A stretch of DNA of 60,957 bases, counting the filler, from Dugesia japonica (Eukaryota), in assembly GCA_001938525.1 (NCBI GenBank). It is 6 parts of 6 records of this genome, joined end to end, with 100 filler letters (N's around TTAATTAATTAA, not from the genome) between each part and the next. Parts side by side here need not be neighbours in the genome. Positions count along the whole stretch, not along the records: positions 1 to 14,238 come from MQRL01595460.1; 5 more parts are not named here. The stretch is one strand, 5' to 3'. The notes beneath the pieces are model-generated. The model searched no databases. It was not told the DNA's origin and saw nothing but the letters and a program-made list of their open reading frames with translations. Made by a program: the position numbers and the translations under genes. Within the stretch, counting starts at the first letter, position 1. Every line of letters begins with the position of its first letter. This document shows, piece by piece, positions 1-10,784 of this stretch.

Positions 1-790
1 TTCAGAACTGACAAATGATAATGGGTTCTGCCTTACACTTGATTGAAATGGTAATCTTCTGAACGTTTTTTCACTAAGGTTGCTTATCCACGGAAATAAA
101 TAATGTGCTATTTAATACTAATAATTCTCGCAAAATTGTTGTTTTTCTGCTAAACTCAGGGGTCTTTTTATATGATTTCTGAGACACCCCGACTTGTTTG
201 GCATTGGCCAGTTATTTTTAATTCAAAATAGCATGATTCCATCGGCGTTGATGCCACTTTTCTAAAATTTTCATAGAGTTTTAGAACTCTGATTGGTAAG
301 TATTTTTAGGGGACCATGTGATGGTTCTTTCTTTGTGTTATTTTTATTTTTAGGCTTCCTATTGGCTCAATCTGGTGGACGCTGCAGCAGCCTTCTGGAT
401 GATGATAAGTCTTCCTTCTTGATAACTCTTAATGGTCNTTGCTGTTCTCTTCTGGAATTTTCTTAACCGGATTTTCTCCGACTTTCCTGCCCAGAGTTAT
501 TCGCATAAAACAGATTTGGTCTCAATTTTAATTAATTTTTTCTGTTTAAATTAATTGTTTTTTTTTGTATTTATTTCTTCTTTTGATATTTATTTTCTTT
601 ACTAATTTTATTAGTTTTGTGATTATTATAATTAATCACCNTGAATTTGATCTTCTGAGTTTCCCATTTAGTACTATTGTCTGGATTTTCCGCACTTGCT
701 TTTCTTATCATGTTCCGTAATTTGATATTGGTCATTCATGACCCCCCCCTCAACCTTGATTCTCATTCCTCTGGGTGTTTCACCCCAACA
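1..790 (-). mobile_element. LTR-like repeat (U3 portion), running off the window start
   Basis: Minus strand begins TGTTGGGGTGAAACACCC at 790. Several CCAAT boxes (plus-strand ATTGG) precede a TATAAAAAG (plus 164-172). Colinear with 44340-45033, and 630-790 matches the reverse complement of 47338-47495. Confidence 0.6.
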
Positions 791-920
791 AATGTAAATG
801 TTACCAGTTTTTGATATATTTCCTATAATGTTTTTTTATAAATCGATTTAAGAAAAATTATGTTTTATTTAAAATATTTAGACAAAAAAAGTTAAGACAT
901 ATATTATTATTAAAAAAAAA

Positions 921-2546
921 TTAGTGTGAACAATGTGCCTGGATGTTTGATCTTTCAATAACATTTTTTATATTTGCTTTGAAACTAGATACGCTTCTTT
1001 GTAAAAAATCCTTCAAATGGTCATCTGTCAGCCTCGATCGTAATTTTGATTTTATATATCTCATTCGTGAAAAGGCTTGTTCGCAGACATAGGTGCTTCC
1101 AAACATTGAAATTATTTTTCTGCGAAATTTTCAATATTGCTGAAAACATTTTCTGGTAAAAGTGTATAAAAATTGCATATATTTTCATTTTTAAAATGTG
1201 GTTTCATTGTATCGTTTCATTGCAAATCAATTAATTCTAATTGCAAATTGGGATCCTTATTACCCACGTTTACTTCAAAAGGATTTTGAAACAATGTAAA
1301 TAGTTTTTCATTGAGAAATAAATCAGAAAAACGTTTGTCAAATTCACTATGAAGCAATGAAATATTGTCGATACTTCTATTAATATTAAAAACATTATTA
1401 TCCTTTGATCTATTTTGCCATAGATATTCACAAGATTGAAAGTGTGTAAAATTATTTTGTTGAAATTGCCTTTTAAAAAACTCCAATTTTGATTTGATAT
1501 CAACAAATAGTTCATGTATAAGTTTCCCTTTTCCTTGTAATTTTAAGTTGAGGATATTGAGGTGCTCGGTTATATCTGTTTAAATAAGCCAAATCCCACA
1601 ACCATGCAGGATCAAATAGTTCTGCGACAGGTTTTAAGTTTTCTATCATAAAAATTCAATTTCAGTTTGAAGTTCAAGAAACCGTTTCAGAACTTTGCCT
1701 CAACTTAACCATCTTACTTCACTGTGATATAAAAAATCACCATATTCAGCTTCAACAGTCTCCAAGAAAGTTTTTAACTGACGATCATACAGTCTTATTT
1801 TACGTATAAATTTTATTGTGGAAATTACAACGGACATTACGGAACTTAAATCCAGACTTTTTNCACAGAGTGAATGTTGATGAATTATACAGTGTAATTG
1901 TATTGGCCTCATGATATTATTACTTTCAAACATCGTATTAATACTACTTATTAATCCCATATTTTTACCGACCATATATTTGGCCCCATCTGTAGTAATA
2001 CATGAAATTGACTTCCATTTTAATTTAAGTTCTTCCATCATTTCCGAAAATTTTAAAAATAGGTTTTCAATCATTGAAGTATGTTTCAAACGTTTTAATG
2101 TAGCAAGCTCTTCAGTCACCTCAAAAAATTTATTAATGCCTCGAATAAAAATAAGTAACTGAGCGGTATGACCTATATCTTCACTCTCATCAATTGCTAT
2201 TGAAAAAAGGTCGGTCTTCTGCAGCAATGATGTTTGCTACACGGTAGCTGGCCTTTACCACGGAATGGTTTAGATTTTTGAATTTTCGTAATAAGTTTTT
2301 TTCACCGTGAAAATTGTTCTTAAGTTCGCTCATTATTTTCTTGCGCAAATCATCCTTAAACTGATCAAACTTCATACTATGTTTGGTGGTGTAGTGGTTT
2401 TTCAAATTTTAATCTTTTAATACTGCTATTTTCTCTCTACAAATCAGACATATACAGTTATTATTATTCATTGTAAAAAAAAAATTAATTGACCACTGCT
2501 CATTAAATACGCGGCATTCATTATCTACTTTTCTTTTTCTTGACAT
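921..2546 (-). pseudogene. hAT (Buster/Charlie-type, GTF2IRD2/EPM2AIP1-like) transposase, broken by stops and frameshifts
   Basis: ATG at 2546 gives MSRKRKVDNECRVFNEQW...CLICREKIAVLKD*NLKNHYTTKH (zinc finger). Then FSIAIDESED, ITTDGAKYM, HCIIHQ, VRWLS and the dimerisation domain MFGSTYVCEQAFS...RSRLTDDHL. Confidence 0.92.
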
Positions 2547-3014
2547 CCTTATAAAGCCGTCATTACAATTTTAATTTATTTAAATTTTAATTATTTTTAC
2601 AATACATTAACAGACAGTTAAACAAGTGCTATGTTCTTAAAAAATTAAACACTAATTAGCTTATTAGTAATCATTTAATTTGTCATGATAATACATTTGA
2701 TGAATTCTCATTAAATATATGAATCGGCGTTAAATGTAGCCTACTTAATTATTATTATAGAAAATAATATTTTATTCGAAACAATAATTTCAAAGTTCTG
2801 GGAAACATCTTTGGTAAGTTTAGCAAAAATATAATTTCATATAACAGACGCCTAGATTTAAAATTATATATGAAATAGTAATGAACCAGTAACATAATAT
2901 AGTAGATTTTATTGGTTTTAAAATTAATTTTGAAAACAAGGAAAAAAATTAATCTCTTTTAAATTTTAATTATATGTATTTTAGTGGGCTATAAAAAACT
3001 ACGCACGGGCTGTT

Positions 3015-3029
3015 GTTTGGGGACCCCTG
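3015..3029 (-). repeat. Terminal inverted repeat (5' end) of the hAT element
   Basis: Reverse complement is CAGGGGTCCCCAAAC, a typical Buster terminus. Flank GTTTAGAA (3030-3037) fits the nnnTAnnn 8-bp target consensus. The partner TIR was not found. Confidence 0.75.
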
Positions 3030-3329
3030 GTTTAGAAGAACGCACAATTAGAACTGTCAAAGATATGATAGTAACATCTTTGACATTTGGAAAAGAGGAG
3101 AAATGTTGGGATGAAATTTTTCCAAAAGTGTTTTCATTCATTTGCGTGATATCATAGGCAACAGGATTCTCTCTGATGGAAGTTAATTAATGGAAGAAAA
3201 TTAATTTTCATTCAACGAAATAATTCAATAGTAGCCGTAAAGAAGGTCTAGAAAAGGCCGATAGTAACCTAAATGAAGTTCAAAAAAATGATTAATTAAG
3301 AAGTAAACCGAAATGAAAGAGAATTTGAA
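3030..3329 (+). pseudogene. Gypsy integrase C-terminal fragment (target of the hAT insertion)
   Basis: Reads LEERTIRTVKDMIVTSL...WDEIFPKV...ATGFSLMEV, resembling the integrase ER..RT...W......N......TG.SP segment. Confidence 0.55.
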
Positions 3330-3560
3330 NNNNNNNNNNNNNNNNNNNNNNNNNNNNNNNNNNNNNNNNNNNNNNNNNNNNNNNNNTATATATATGATGA
3401 GACTTTCGAAATTATGGAATTCTTATCACCCCATCAAGTAAAATTGCATAATTCAGAAGGTTCGAAATACAGGCGTCTAGAGTGGCTAAAAAGGTGTTAA
3501 AATTTGGAAGATGCGGAGAAGTTAGAAATTGTTCTGACCTTGAAGTTTTGTTTATATATT

Positions 3561-3664
3561 GTCTTCGTCAGGAATTGACTTTTTGACTAAAAAATCTCGA
3601 ATTATTATCCAATTACAATAAAAACACCAAAATATTTGATCAAAGCTTTTATATTAAATGAATT
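3561..3664. repeat. Degenerate copy of the hammerhead-containing short repeat, inverted arrangement
   Basis: 3561-3578 reverse complement is TCAATTCCTGACGAAGAC (stem I plus CUGANGA). The following plus-strand tail TTTGATCAAAGCTTTTATATTAAATGAATT matches 17715-17745 and 40755-40785. Confidence 0.55.
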
Positions 3665-3760
3665 ATATATATATATATATATATATATAATTATTTAAAA
3701 AGTTAGTTTAGGTTATTTTTAAAATATTGCTACATTTATTTTTTGACTTTTACAATTTAG

Positions 3761-4338
3761 AATAAACTCAGTTTGGAATTATGTCAGCGTTAGGAGTAAA
3801 CAATGTAAAAGAACATCGAAAACTATGAAATTTATTGTGTAAGCGCAAACTTTTAATTAATACAATATATTTTCAATATAGAATAGATGCTTTAGAACTT
3901 TTCGAGAGATATTTGAATGATGAAAATAATAACTGGGAGTATTGGATAAAATTGTTAGTTAATATGGTATAATAATTAATACAATATTCATAAATATATT
4001 AGAAAAACAAAAATGTTATTAGTAAATAGTATCAGTGATAATGAACTGCATAAGTTGTTTGATAAATGGTAAAAATTCATTAAATCATTAATCGACAATA
4101 AATCGTATTTTTTAGTGATAAAAATAAACGAATACTCTCCGTGAAAAGCAAAAACGAAATCCTTAATTTCCAACTATTAAAAAGACCTCAAACAGTTGGA
4201 CAAGCTATTGAAATGGCTTCATCAAAAACTGGAGTAGCAAAAAATAAATTACTTTGTATCAAAAAATATAATAATTGCCAGCCAAAGGATGATGACCTGT
4301 TTGACGAAAGTGATTTAATTGAATTTATATATGAGTAA
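3761..4338 (+). CDS. Unknown multi-exon host gene (exons 3761-3838, 3882-3953, 4003-4068, 4116-4338)
   Basis: Three GT-AG introns of 43, 49 and 47 bp, all phase 2, join into one open frame: ...MKFIVIDALELFERYLNDENNNWEYWIKLKTKMLLVNSISDNELHKLFDKCDKNKRILSVKSKNEILNFQLLKRPQTVGQAIEMASSKTGV...EFIYE*. Start uncertain (ATG at 3825 or an upstream exon). Confidence 0.65.
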
Positions 4339-5074
4339 TTTTTTTATCTTTGGATAATGATTTTATTAAAAATTAGTGATTTAACAACTAAAGGAAAGTT
4401 TGCTCTAGTACTATTNNNNNNNNNNNNNNNNNNNNNNNNNNNNNNNNNNNNNNNNNNNNNNNNNNNNNNNNNNNNNNNNNNNNNNNNNNNNNNNNNNNNN
4501 NNNNNNNNNNNNNNNNNNNNNNNNNNNNNNNNNNNNNNNNNNNNNNNNNNNNNNNNNNNNNNNAAATCTTAATACTAACCTTTCTGAGATTAGTAATCCA
4601 AGTATTCATATCACTTTTATTTATAAACTATAACAAACAAATTTAAAAATTCATATTTAAAAAGGGAAAAACTAAATATTTTGATTAAAAAAAATACACT
4701 AAATTAAACANNNNNNNNNNNNNNNNNNNNNNNNNNNNNNNNNNNNNNNNNNNNNNNNNNNNNNNNNNNNNNAAATTATTTTCTTGATACAATTTTAAAT
4801 ACAGGGCTATTCCAAAATATAAATTTTTTTATTACAAATATAAATTTATTTATCAAAAATTTAAATTTATTTGTTACAAAAATAAATTTATTTAAAAATT
4901 TAAATTTAATTATTACAAATATAATCTATAATCTATATATTATAATTGTAATCTATTTGTATTATTTTTTATTACATAAACTTGTGTTTATAAGCTTGAC
5001 GAAAGATTTACCGTAAGATTGGCAGTAAATTTTTAATTTGAGATATGCCAACCCATTATATAGGATTTTAAAAA

Positions 5075-5730
5075 ATGATGGCAAAAGAAAAAAAGAAAAG
5101 GACTATAATCACAAAGGAGATAGTATCACTGATTCAAAATCAGATTCAAGCTGGAAGATCAAACAAAGAAATTGCAGAATAATTGAACATTTCGATTGAT
5201 ACTTGGAAATCGATTAACAGCAGGTGAGGATGAATCCACCATTATTAAGACAAAAGGTAGGAAATCTACCGAAAAACAAATAACAGCACCATTAATTTCC
5301 ATTATTTCGCATAATAATGCAATCACCCAAAAAGGTTTGATTGAAGAATTGGCTTAATCTAATATTCAATTATCACAAGCTTCAATATCCAAAATTGTGG
5401 CCAAAGCAGAAATTAGTCTGAAAAGACTTGTTAAAATCCCTGAGTCTCCAAATTCACCCCATGTTATTACTTTAAGGCAACAGAATGCACAAGAGATTCA
5501 GCATTTCTCTACGACGCAACTGCTAAATTTGGAAGAGACCGGTTTCAATCTTCATGACACGCAAAATTACAGGGTATTCTCTGAAAAATACCAAAACATA
5601 TGTCACAGTATCTGCAAGTGCAGGAAAAATATCAGTCTGATAGCATCAGTATCAGTCAATGGTATAATCGGACATGAAATCATTGATGGGGCTTATAATG
5701 GAGATACTTTCCTTAAATTCATATCACACA
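5075..5730 (+). pseudogene. IS630/Tc1-type DDE transposase fragment, 3' truncated
   Basis: HTH-like N-terminus (MMAKEKKKRTIITKE...SNKEIAE), then LEETGFN (DE motif), NISLIASVSVNGIIGHEIIDGAYNGDTFLKFI. Cut off by a Gypsy fragment. Confidence 0.75.
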
Positions 5731-6477
5731 TAGTTCTAAACTGTCTCTTGATTTGCTCATCTATGTTATGATGATATGGACTCGAAAACCTGAGGGTAAT
5801 TCCATGTTCAGCTGCAAAATCTTTCATTGATTTTGACTNNNNNNNNNNNNNNNNNNNNNNNNNNNNNNNNNNNNNNNNNNNNNNNTTTAATATCCTCTTC
5901 TCCATTATTGCTTTTCCTATGGTATCTTCATCTTGTCTTGTTATTGCTATCAAGGCTACATACTTACTGCATGATATATTATACCGAGAACATATTTTTC
6001 TCGGCCTCTTGTCTCCGGCAGTGGTCCACAAACATCTATAAATAACAGTTCAAACATTTCGGCTGGCTGAGTCTTTTTCGTTTCTTCCTTCGTTTTTGTT
6101 GTTAACACTTTAGCTTTCTGGCATGTTATACAGCTTCGGAAAACCTCTTGTACTTTGCTCCACAAATGTTTCGCGTTATATTTATGCTTGATAGACGCTG
6201 CTACTTTTTCTGCTCCAGCATGACACAAGANATGGTGTATCNTCATTATAATCTTTTCTACTTTATNATCAGGTATCCATGTTCCTTCATCATTCTCACC
6301 AAAATTGCCTTGTTTTTCTTGAATATCCACTGTATTTAACATCCTCGTTTTTAATTTTCTACTTTTGGGATGATCATGTGACATTAGACATTGTGCACAT
6401 GTATCGCATTTACTCCTTGACAACATATCCGCATATGTATGAAGCGATCCTTCCAATTTTATATCTAAATTTCTCAA
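5731..6477 (-). pseudogene. Gypsy pol fragment (RNase H end, HHCC zinc finger, integrase core)
   Basis: ADMLSR, H..LCHAGAEK...CITCQKAK, FELLFIDVCGPLP, FSSPYHHN..EQIKRQFRT. Confidence 0.85.
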
Positions 6478-6959
6478 ATAATTTATCCAGGTCTAAATCA
6501 CTCATCAAATCATTAACATCAGAATTCAAATTCATTACAACGATTTATTAATATAAAAAAACTATCACATCATTAGTTGCTGAAACAAATAAATTTAAAA
6601 ATTCATGTTCAAAATGGAAAATATCAAATGTTTAATTTTATATTTTATTATATTTAAATAATATTTTGATTTTTAAAAATACACTAAAATAGATATATTC
6701 TATTCATTTAATTTTATATTTTATTCCATTTAAAATATATTTTGATTAAAAAAAATACACTAAATTAAACATTTTTATTCATTTAATTTTTTATTTTAAA
6801 AATCCTAAAACTTTTTTTTAAATATTGTTATTGAAAGAAATATTACTAATGTTATTAGAGTGATTTGTGATCTTTAATGTTAAATACTTTTTTGAAGAAT
6901 TTTGCTATATCTGAATTCAGTGTATTATTTTATAAATTATAATAATGCAATTTTTGTAG

Positions 6960-7947
6960 TTCTGGGAACATTAAAGTTATAAATGTTATCAATGACGGAG
7001 CATTCGGCATTATACTTTTATGTAAAGATAAATTAACTAAAAATCAATTTGCTTTAAAAAAACCAAAAACTTCAGTGGATAACCTGTATAGAGATATAAG
7101 TATACAATGTTTAATTAAACACTCTAATATTCTTCCTCTCTATTTTCAACTAATCAATTTCGAAAATCAAATTTGCATTGCAATGAAATATTATTCAAAT
7201 GTAATTCTGAATTTTTCTAAATCGATATTTGCTAACCATTATAATAGGGCTCTTTATTATCATTAATAAATAACAAGAGAAAATTCTCAGAATATGAATT
7301 ATCCAAAATATTTTATCAGATCTTATTACAAATCCAAGAAATACATAATAATAATATCATTCACAGAGATATCAAAAGTTGGTGTTTTTATTTTTTGAAA
7401 AGTTTTTTTAATATTATTCTAAGGTGATAATATTGTTTTTGATGAGAATTTCAATGCAAAAGTAATTGATTTTGGAATGGCAAAATACATTAGTGATTGC
7501 AATGATAAGCAATTGAAAGAAAAGCTAAAGGTTTATAAAGCAGGAACGTGGTATTATATGGCTCCAGAAATTATGAATTCAGAATTCTATTCACAGAAAA
7601 TCGATATATGGTCATTGGGAGTTACTTTAATTGAAGCTATCACAGGTAAAATTATTAGAATATTTAAGAAATTTATTGGATATATCACTACAGACGGTAA
7701 ACTTTATAAAGGTATGAATCCTATGCAAATTGTTGTAAAAGTAGCAAAAACCAAAAAAGTTGATTTTCAACCTGCTGAACCGATGTCTGTTGAATTATCA
7801 ATTTTTATCGATTCGTGTTTAAATTCAGATCCAGAGAAAAGATTTAATTCAACTCAATTAATAGAAACAGATTTTATTCAAAATTATTTGAAAACAACCA
7901 CTGATAATACACAATCAATTAATCTTATCAACAAGAAAATTTTCTAA
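6960..7947 (+). CDS. Ser/Thr protein kinase, STE20/PAK-like (exons 6960-7200, 7248-7377, 7424-7645, 7694-7947; 5' exon not located)
   Basis: Introns of 47, 46 and 48 bp give an open frame containing NDGAFG, FALKK, HRDIKSDN, DFG, GTWYYMAPE, DIWSLG and DPEKR. Confidence 0.88.
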
Positions 7948-8125
7948 TAATATTCATCGAGAGATTTTGTATTTTATTTGGAGAAATAAATTATTTAATA
8001 ACCTAATAACTTGGAAAATACATCGTTATTCATTGATTTATTTCCTGAGTATAAGAAAATTTATTTTAATAAATAAAAATATACAGAATTAGTATAACTA
8101 AATAATAGATTCTGTGATTAATATA

Positions 8126-8320
8126 TTAGTGCAAATTTCGACTATATAATGGAAAGGTGTAATATACTAAGGTAAAATCCAACATGGCTATTTCCGGTTG
8201 ACCTTCGAAGTATATTGGATTTTGAAGTTCAACAATGAATTTACTAGCATTATTATCCGGATGAATTAGAGGATAGCTATTACTTGGTTAAATTGTAAAG
8301 AAAATATTTGATTTATTCAT
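8126..8320 (-). pseudogene. Polinton minor capsid (penton)-like N-terminus, absent from the ORF track
   Basis: MNKSNIFFTI*PSNSYPLIHPDNNASKFIVELQNPIYFEGQPEIAMLDF fits the Polinton F..LPSNS....P.N..S.F...L..PI.L.G..E.AL pattern. Confidence 0.65.
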
Positions 8321-8419
8321 TTAACTAACTTTGATATCCGTTTTTGATATCCGTGCCACTTCACGAAATATTGTTTATTTTCTTTTGTTCCTTTTGATTT
8401 TCTAATTTTTTCTATTCTA

Positions 8420-9325
8420 AATATCGTAGGCTGTGGAATGACTTGTAATTCCTGTTCATAAAATTTCTTTTTTTGATATTATTCTCATTATCTTTAATTT
8501 CATACATAATTGGATTTTGTTCAGTATTGATCTTTGTTATTTGAAACACTTTATCGCTCAAATTACTTTCGAAATTCTTGATGAATGGGAAGCCTAAATC
8601 TTTAAGATTCTAACATGGTCACAGACTTTATATTTCGGCTTCTTAATTGTTTCTGGTTGATGACGCGATAACCACAACTTTAATTGATTATTTGTTGATA
8701 CATCGACCGGTCTAGCTCCATTTAAACATTTATAAGACTAATGATTATAAATGTGTATAAATTTCGTCAACATATTTATATGGGTTTTATTACCAGCATG
8801 CACAAAGAACTTTTTCAAAGCATCTCTTAATGTGCGATTAAATATCTCTATATGTGCCGCTTTATACTGTGAGATTACAGTAAAATGATTTATTTTTAGT
8901 TGTTTTATAAAACTTTTGACTTTAGAGTTGTAAAACTCCTTCCCCAAATCTGTTTCTAAATTATCTGGATGTCCATCCTTTAACATTAAATTGATTGCCA
9001 CTTTCATTAACGGATTTCGATTTTACTGGGATTGCTCTTGCAAATTTACATAATACATCGATACATGTTAAAATGTACTTGTATCCTTTATTAATTTTTG
9101 AATATGGGATCACCTTCATCGAATCCATTTGCCATAAATCTTCAATATCAAACGTTTTATACTCTCTTGTCAGAAATCTTTTCAATATTAGTTTGTTCAA
9201 ACTGTACGCAAGTTGGCCCAATAACCACTTTTTGGTCTTTGTTTTCGTTTTGTGCGGCATTTTCTACGCCACGAAAACTTGCAGGATTTTCTACGTCCGT
9301 CCATATACTCTTTAGTTTATCTATT
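8420..9325 (-). pseudogene. Polinton retroviral-like (rve) integrase
   Basis: WTDVENPASFRG, DLWQMD, YKYILTCIDVLCKFARAIPVKSK, LETDLGKEFYN, KAAHIEIFNRTLR, C-terminal FYEQELQ. Frameshifted. Confidence 0.9.
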
Positions 9326-9389
9326 ACAACAATTAGAAGAAAATTTCAAATCAAAGTTGAGAATGATTGTAAACCGCCTATTGTTTATT

Positions 9390-9700
9390 TAAAATGGGTT
9401 AAGCCTAATGCTGCTAATGCAATTGGCAGTATTGCTGCAATAAAGTCAGAACTCATTTCATTAATTTCCTATTCTTTGTATTTACAAGCGTTAATAACGT
9501 TCTTACATGTTTTTTCAATACTTTTTTTTAGTTTTTTTCAAAACTACATTACTGCGAACAATATTTATGATAATATCGAGTAAATCGTCGGAAATGCTTG
9601 CAAAATTTTCATTCTGAATAATTTTGGAGATTTTATCAATGCTGCAAAAAACGGAATACTTCGTTGTAACTTCATATTTGTTAAAATATAAATACATACC
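9390..9700 (-). pseudogene. Small Polinton basic/hydrophobic protein (adenovirus pX-like tail)
   Basis: IIINIVRSNVVLKK followed by the hydrophobic tail DFIAAILPIALAALG, directly upstream of the integrase. Confidence 0.45.
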
Positions 9701-10099
9701 ATTTCATTGTTCATAATGAGATCCATTTTCAATAATTTTTTCGACGTGCTCAACTGCTTCTTCTTTTCAATATATTTGACAGTATGCTTTCTTAAAATAT
9801 GCTTTTTTGAACGGCTACTGCTTTTGATTTTTTAACGTTTTGTTCGTTATATTTTTGGAATATTTTTTACTTGATAAACTACAATTTTTTTAAAATTTGA
9901 CAATTTTGAAAAGAATTCGTCTAAGTTCGTCTGGACATTGTTGTGTAAAGTCAAGAAAAAGATAGCCATGCGGGTTTATTGTTGCATCTTGAAATGAATC
10001 AATAACAAATTGTCTATTATTAGGATAAGCTTGTCTTGCAAGAAAATCAAAAACTGTTTTATCTCTCGGATTTTTGTGTGCTCTGACTCATCCTTGATA

Positions 10100-10339
10100 T
10101 AGGCAATCAATTTCAACCTTTCATTCCAATTTTTATCAAATCCATTTATAATTTTCATTTTAATGTTGAGATATTCTGATTGTGAAAAAATCTAGCTTTT
10201 CATCTGCAGCTCTGTGTCATTATAATTTGTTCAATTTTGATTTAAATAAATGTGATTTCTATAATTTACATACAAATAAGTTCATTCCGCTACCGCTAGG
10301 ACCAACAATTTGATAAACAGCATTATTTCTCAACTCCAT
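10100..10339 (-). pseudogene. Polinton A32-like packaging ATPase, N-terminal fragment
   Basis: ATG at 10339 gives MELRNNAVYQIVGPSGSGMN, a Walker A with K changed to M, followed by stops. Confidence 0.6.
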
Positions 10340-10784
10340 TTTTTGTATAAATATATAATTTAATACATATTTTATAATGCTAATGCTCTTTGTTTAAATA
10401 AATCAATTAATTTAATTTCTAAAAATTAGTAGGTAGATTGGTCACCATTAAAATGTCATGATTAAAATGTTTACAGTCGAAATGGTATTAATTGTCATTT
10501 ATGATTTTTTGGAAATTTAATATCTCGGTAATTTTGTGCTTTCAAAANGAGCGCTGTCTAAGCGAAATGCCACACAAGGCGGCAATTTTTCATAACGCAA
10601 ATACAATAAATTTATAAACAAAATTAATGTTTCTCGAACAATTTTGTAGATAAAAGCATGTAATATGTGCTTTAAAATTTCCTCGAATGTGATTTTACGC
10701 AATTTATCTTTTTAAAATAATTTAGCTGAATTTTCCGTCTTACGAAGACAAATAATCTCGTAAATTTTATTTTGGTTTTTAAAA

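Noticed and set aside
157-165. CAGGGGTC as the missing second hAT TIR
   Set aside because: The match is short, has no GTTTAGAA TSD and lies inside the LTR-like repeat.
4357-4609. ORFs made mostly of X or low-complexity runs (also 25301, 31511, 34695, 40713, 41759, 48417)
   Set aside because: Produced by N gaps and microsatellites.
4800-4815. TA|CAGGGCTATTCC as the TIR of the IS630/Tc1 element
   Set aside because: Plausible, but no partner TIR is available to confirm it.
9098-9583. 161-aa plus-strand ORF and similar antisense ORFs (1911, 27292, 52669)
   Set aside because: Shadows of motif-bearing genes on the opposite strand.
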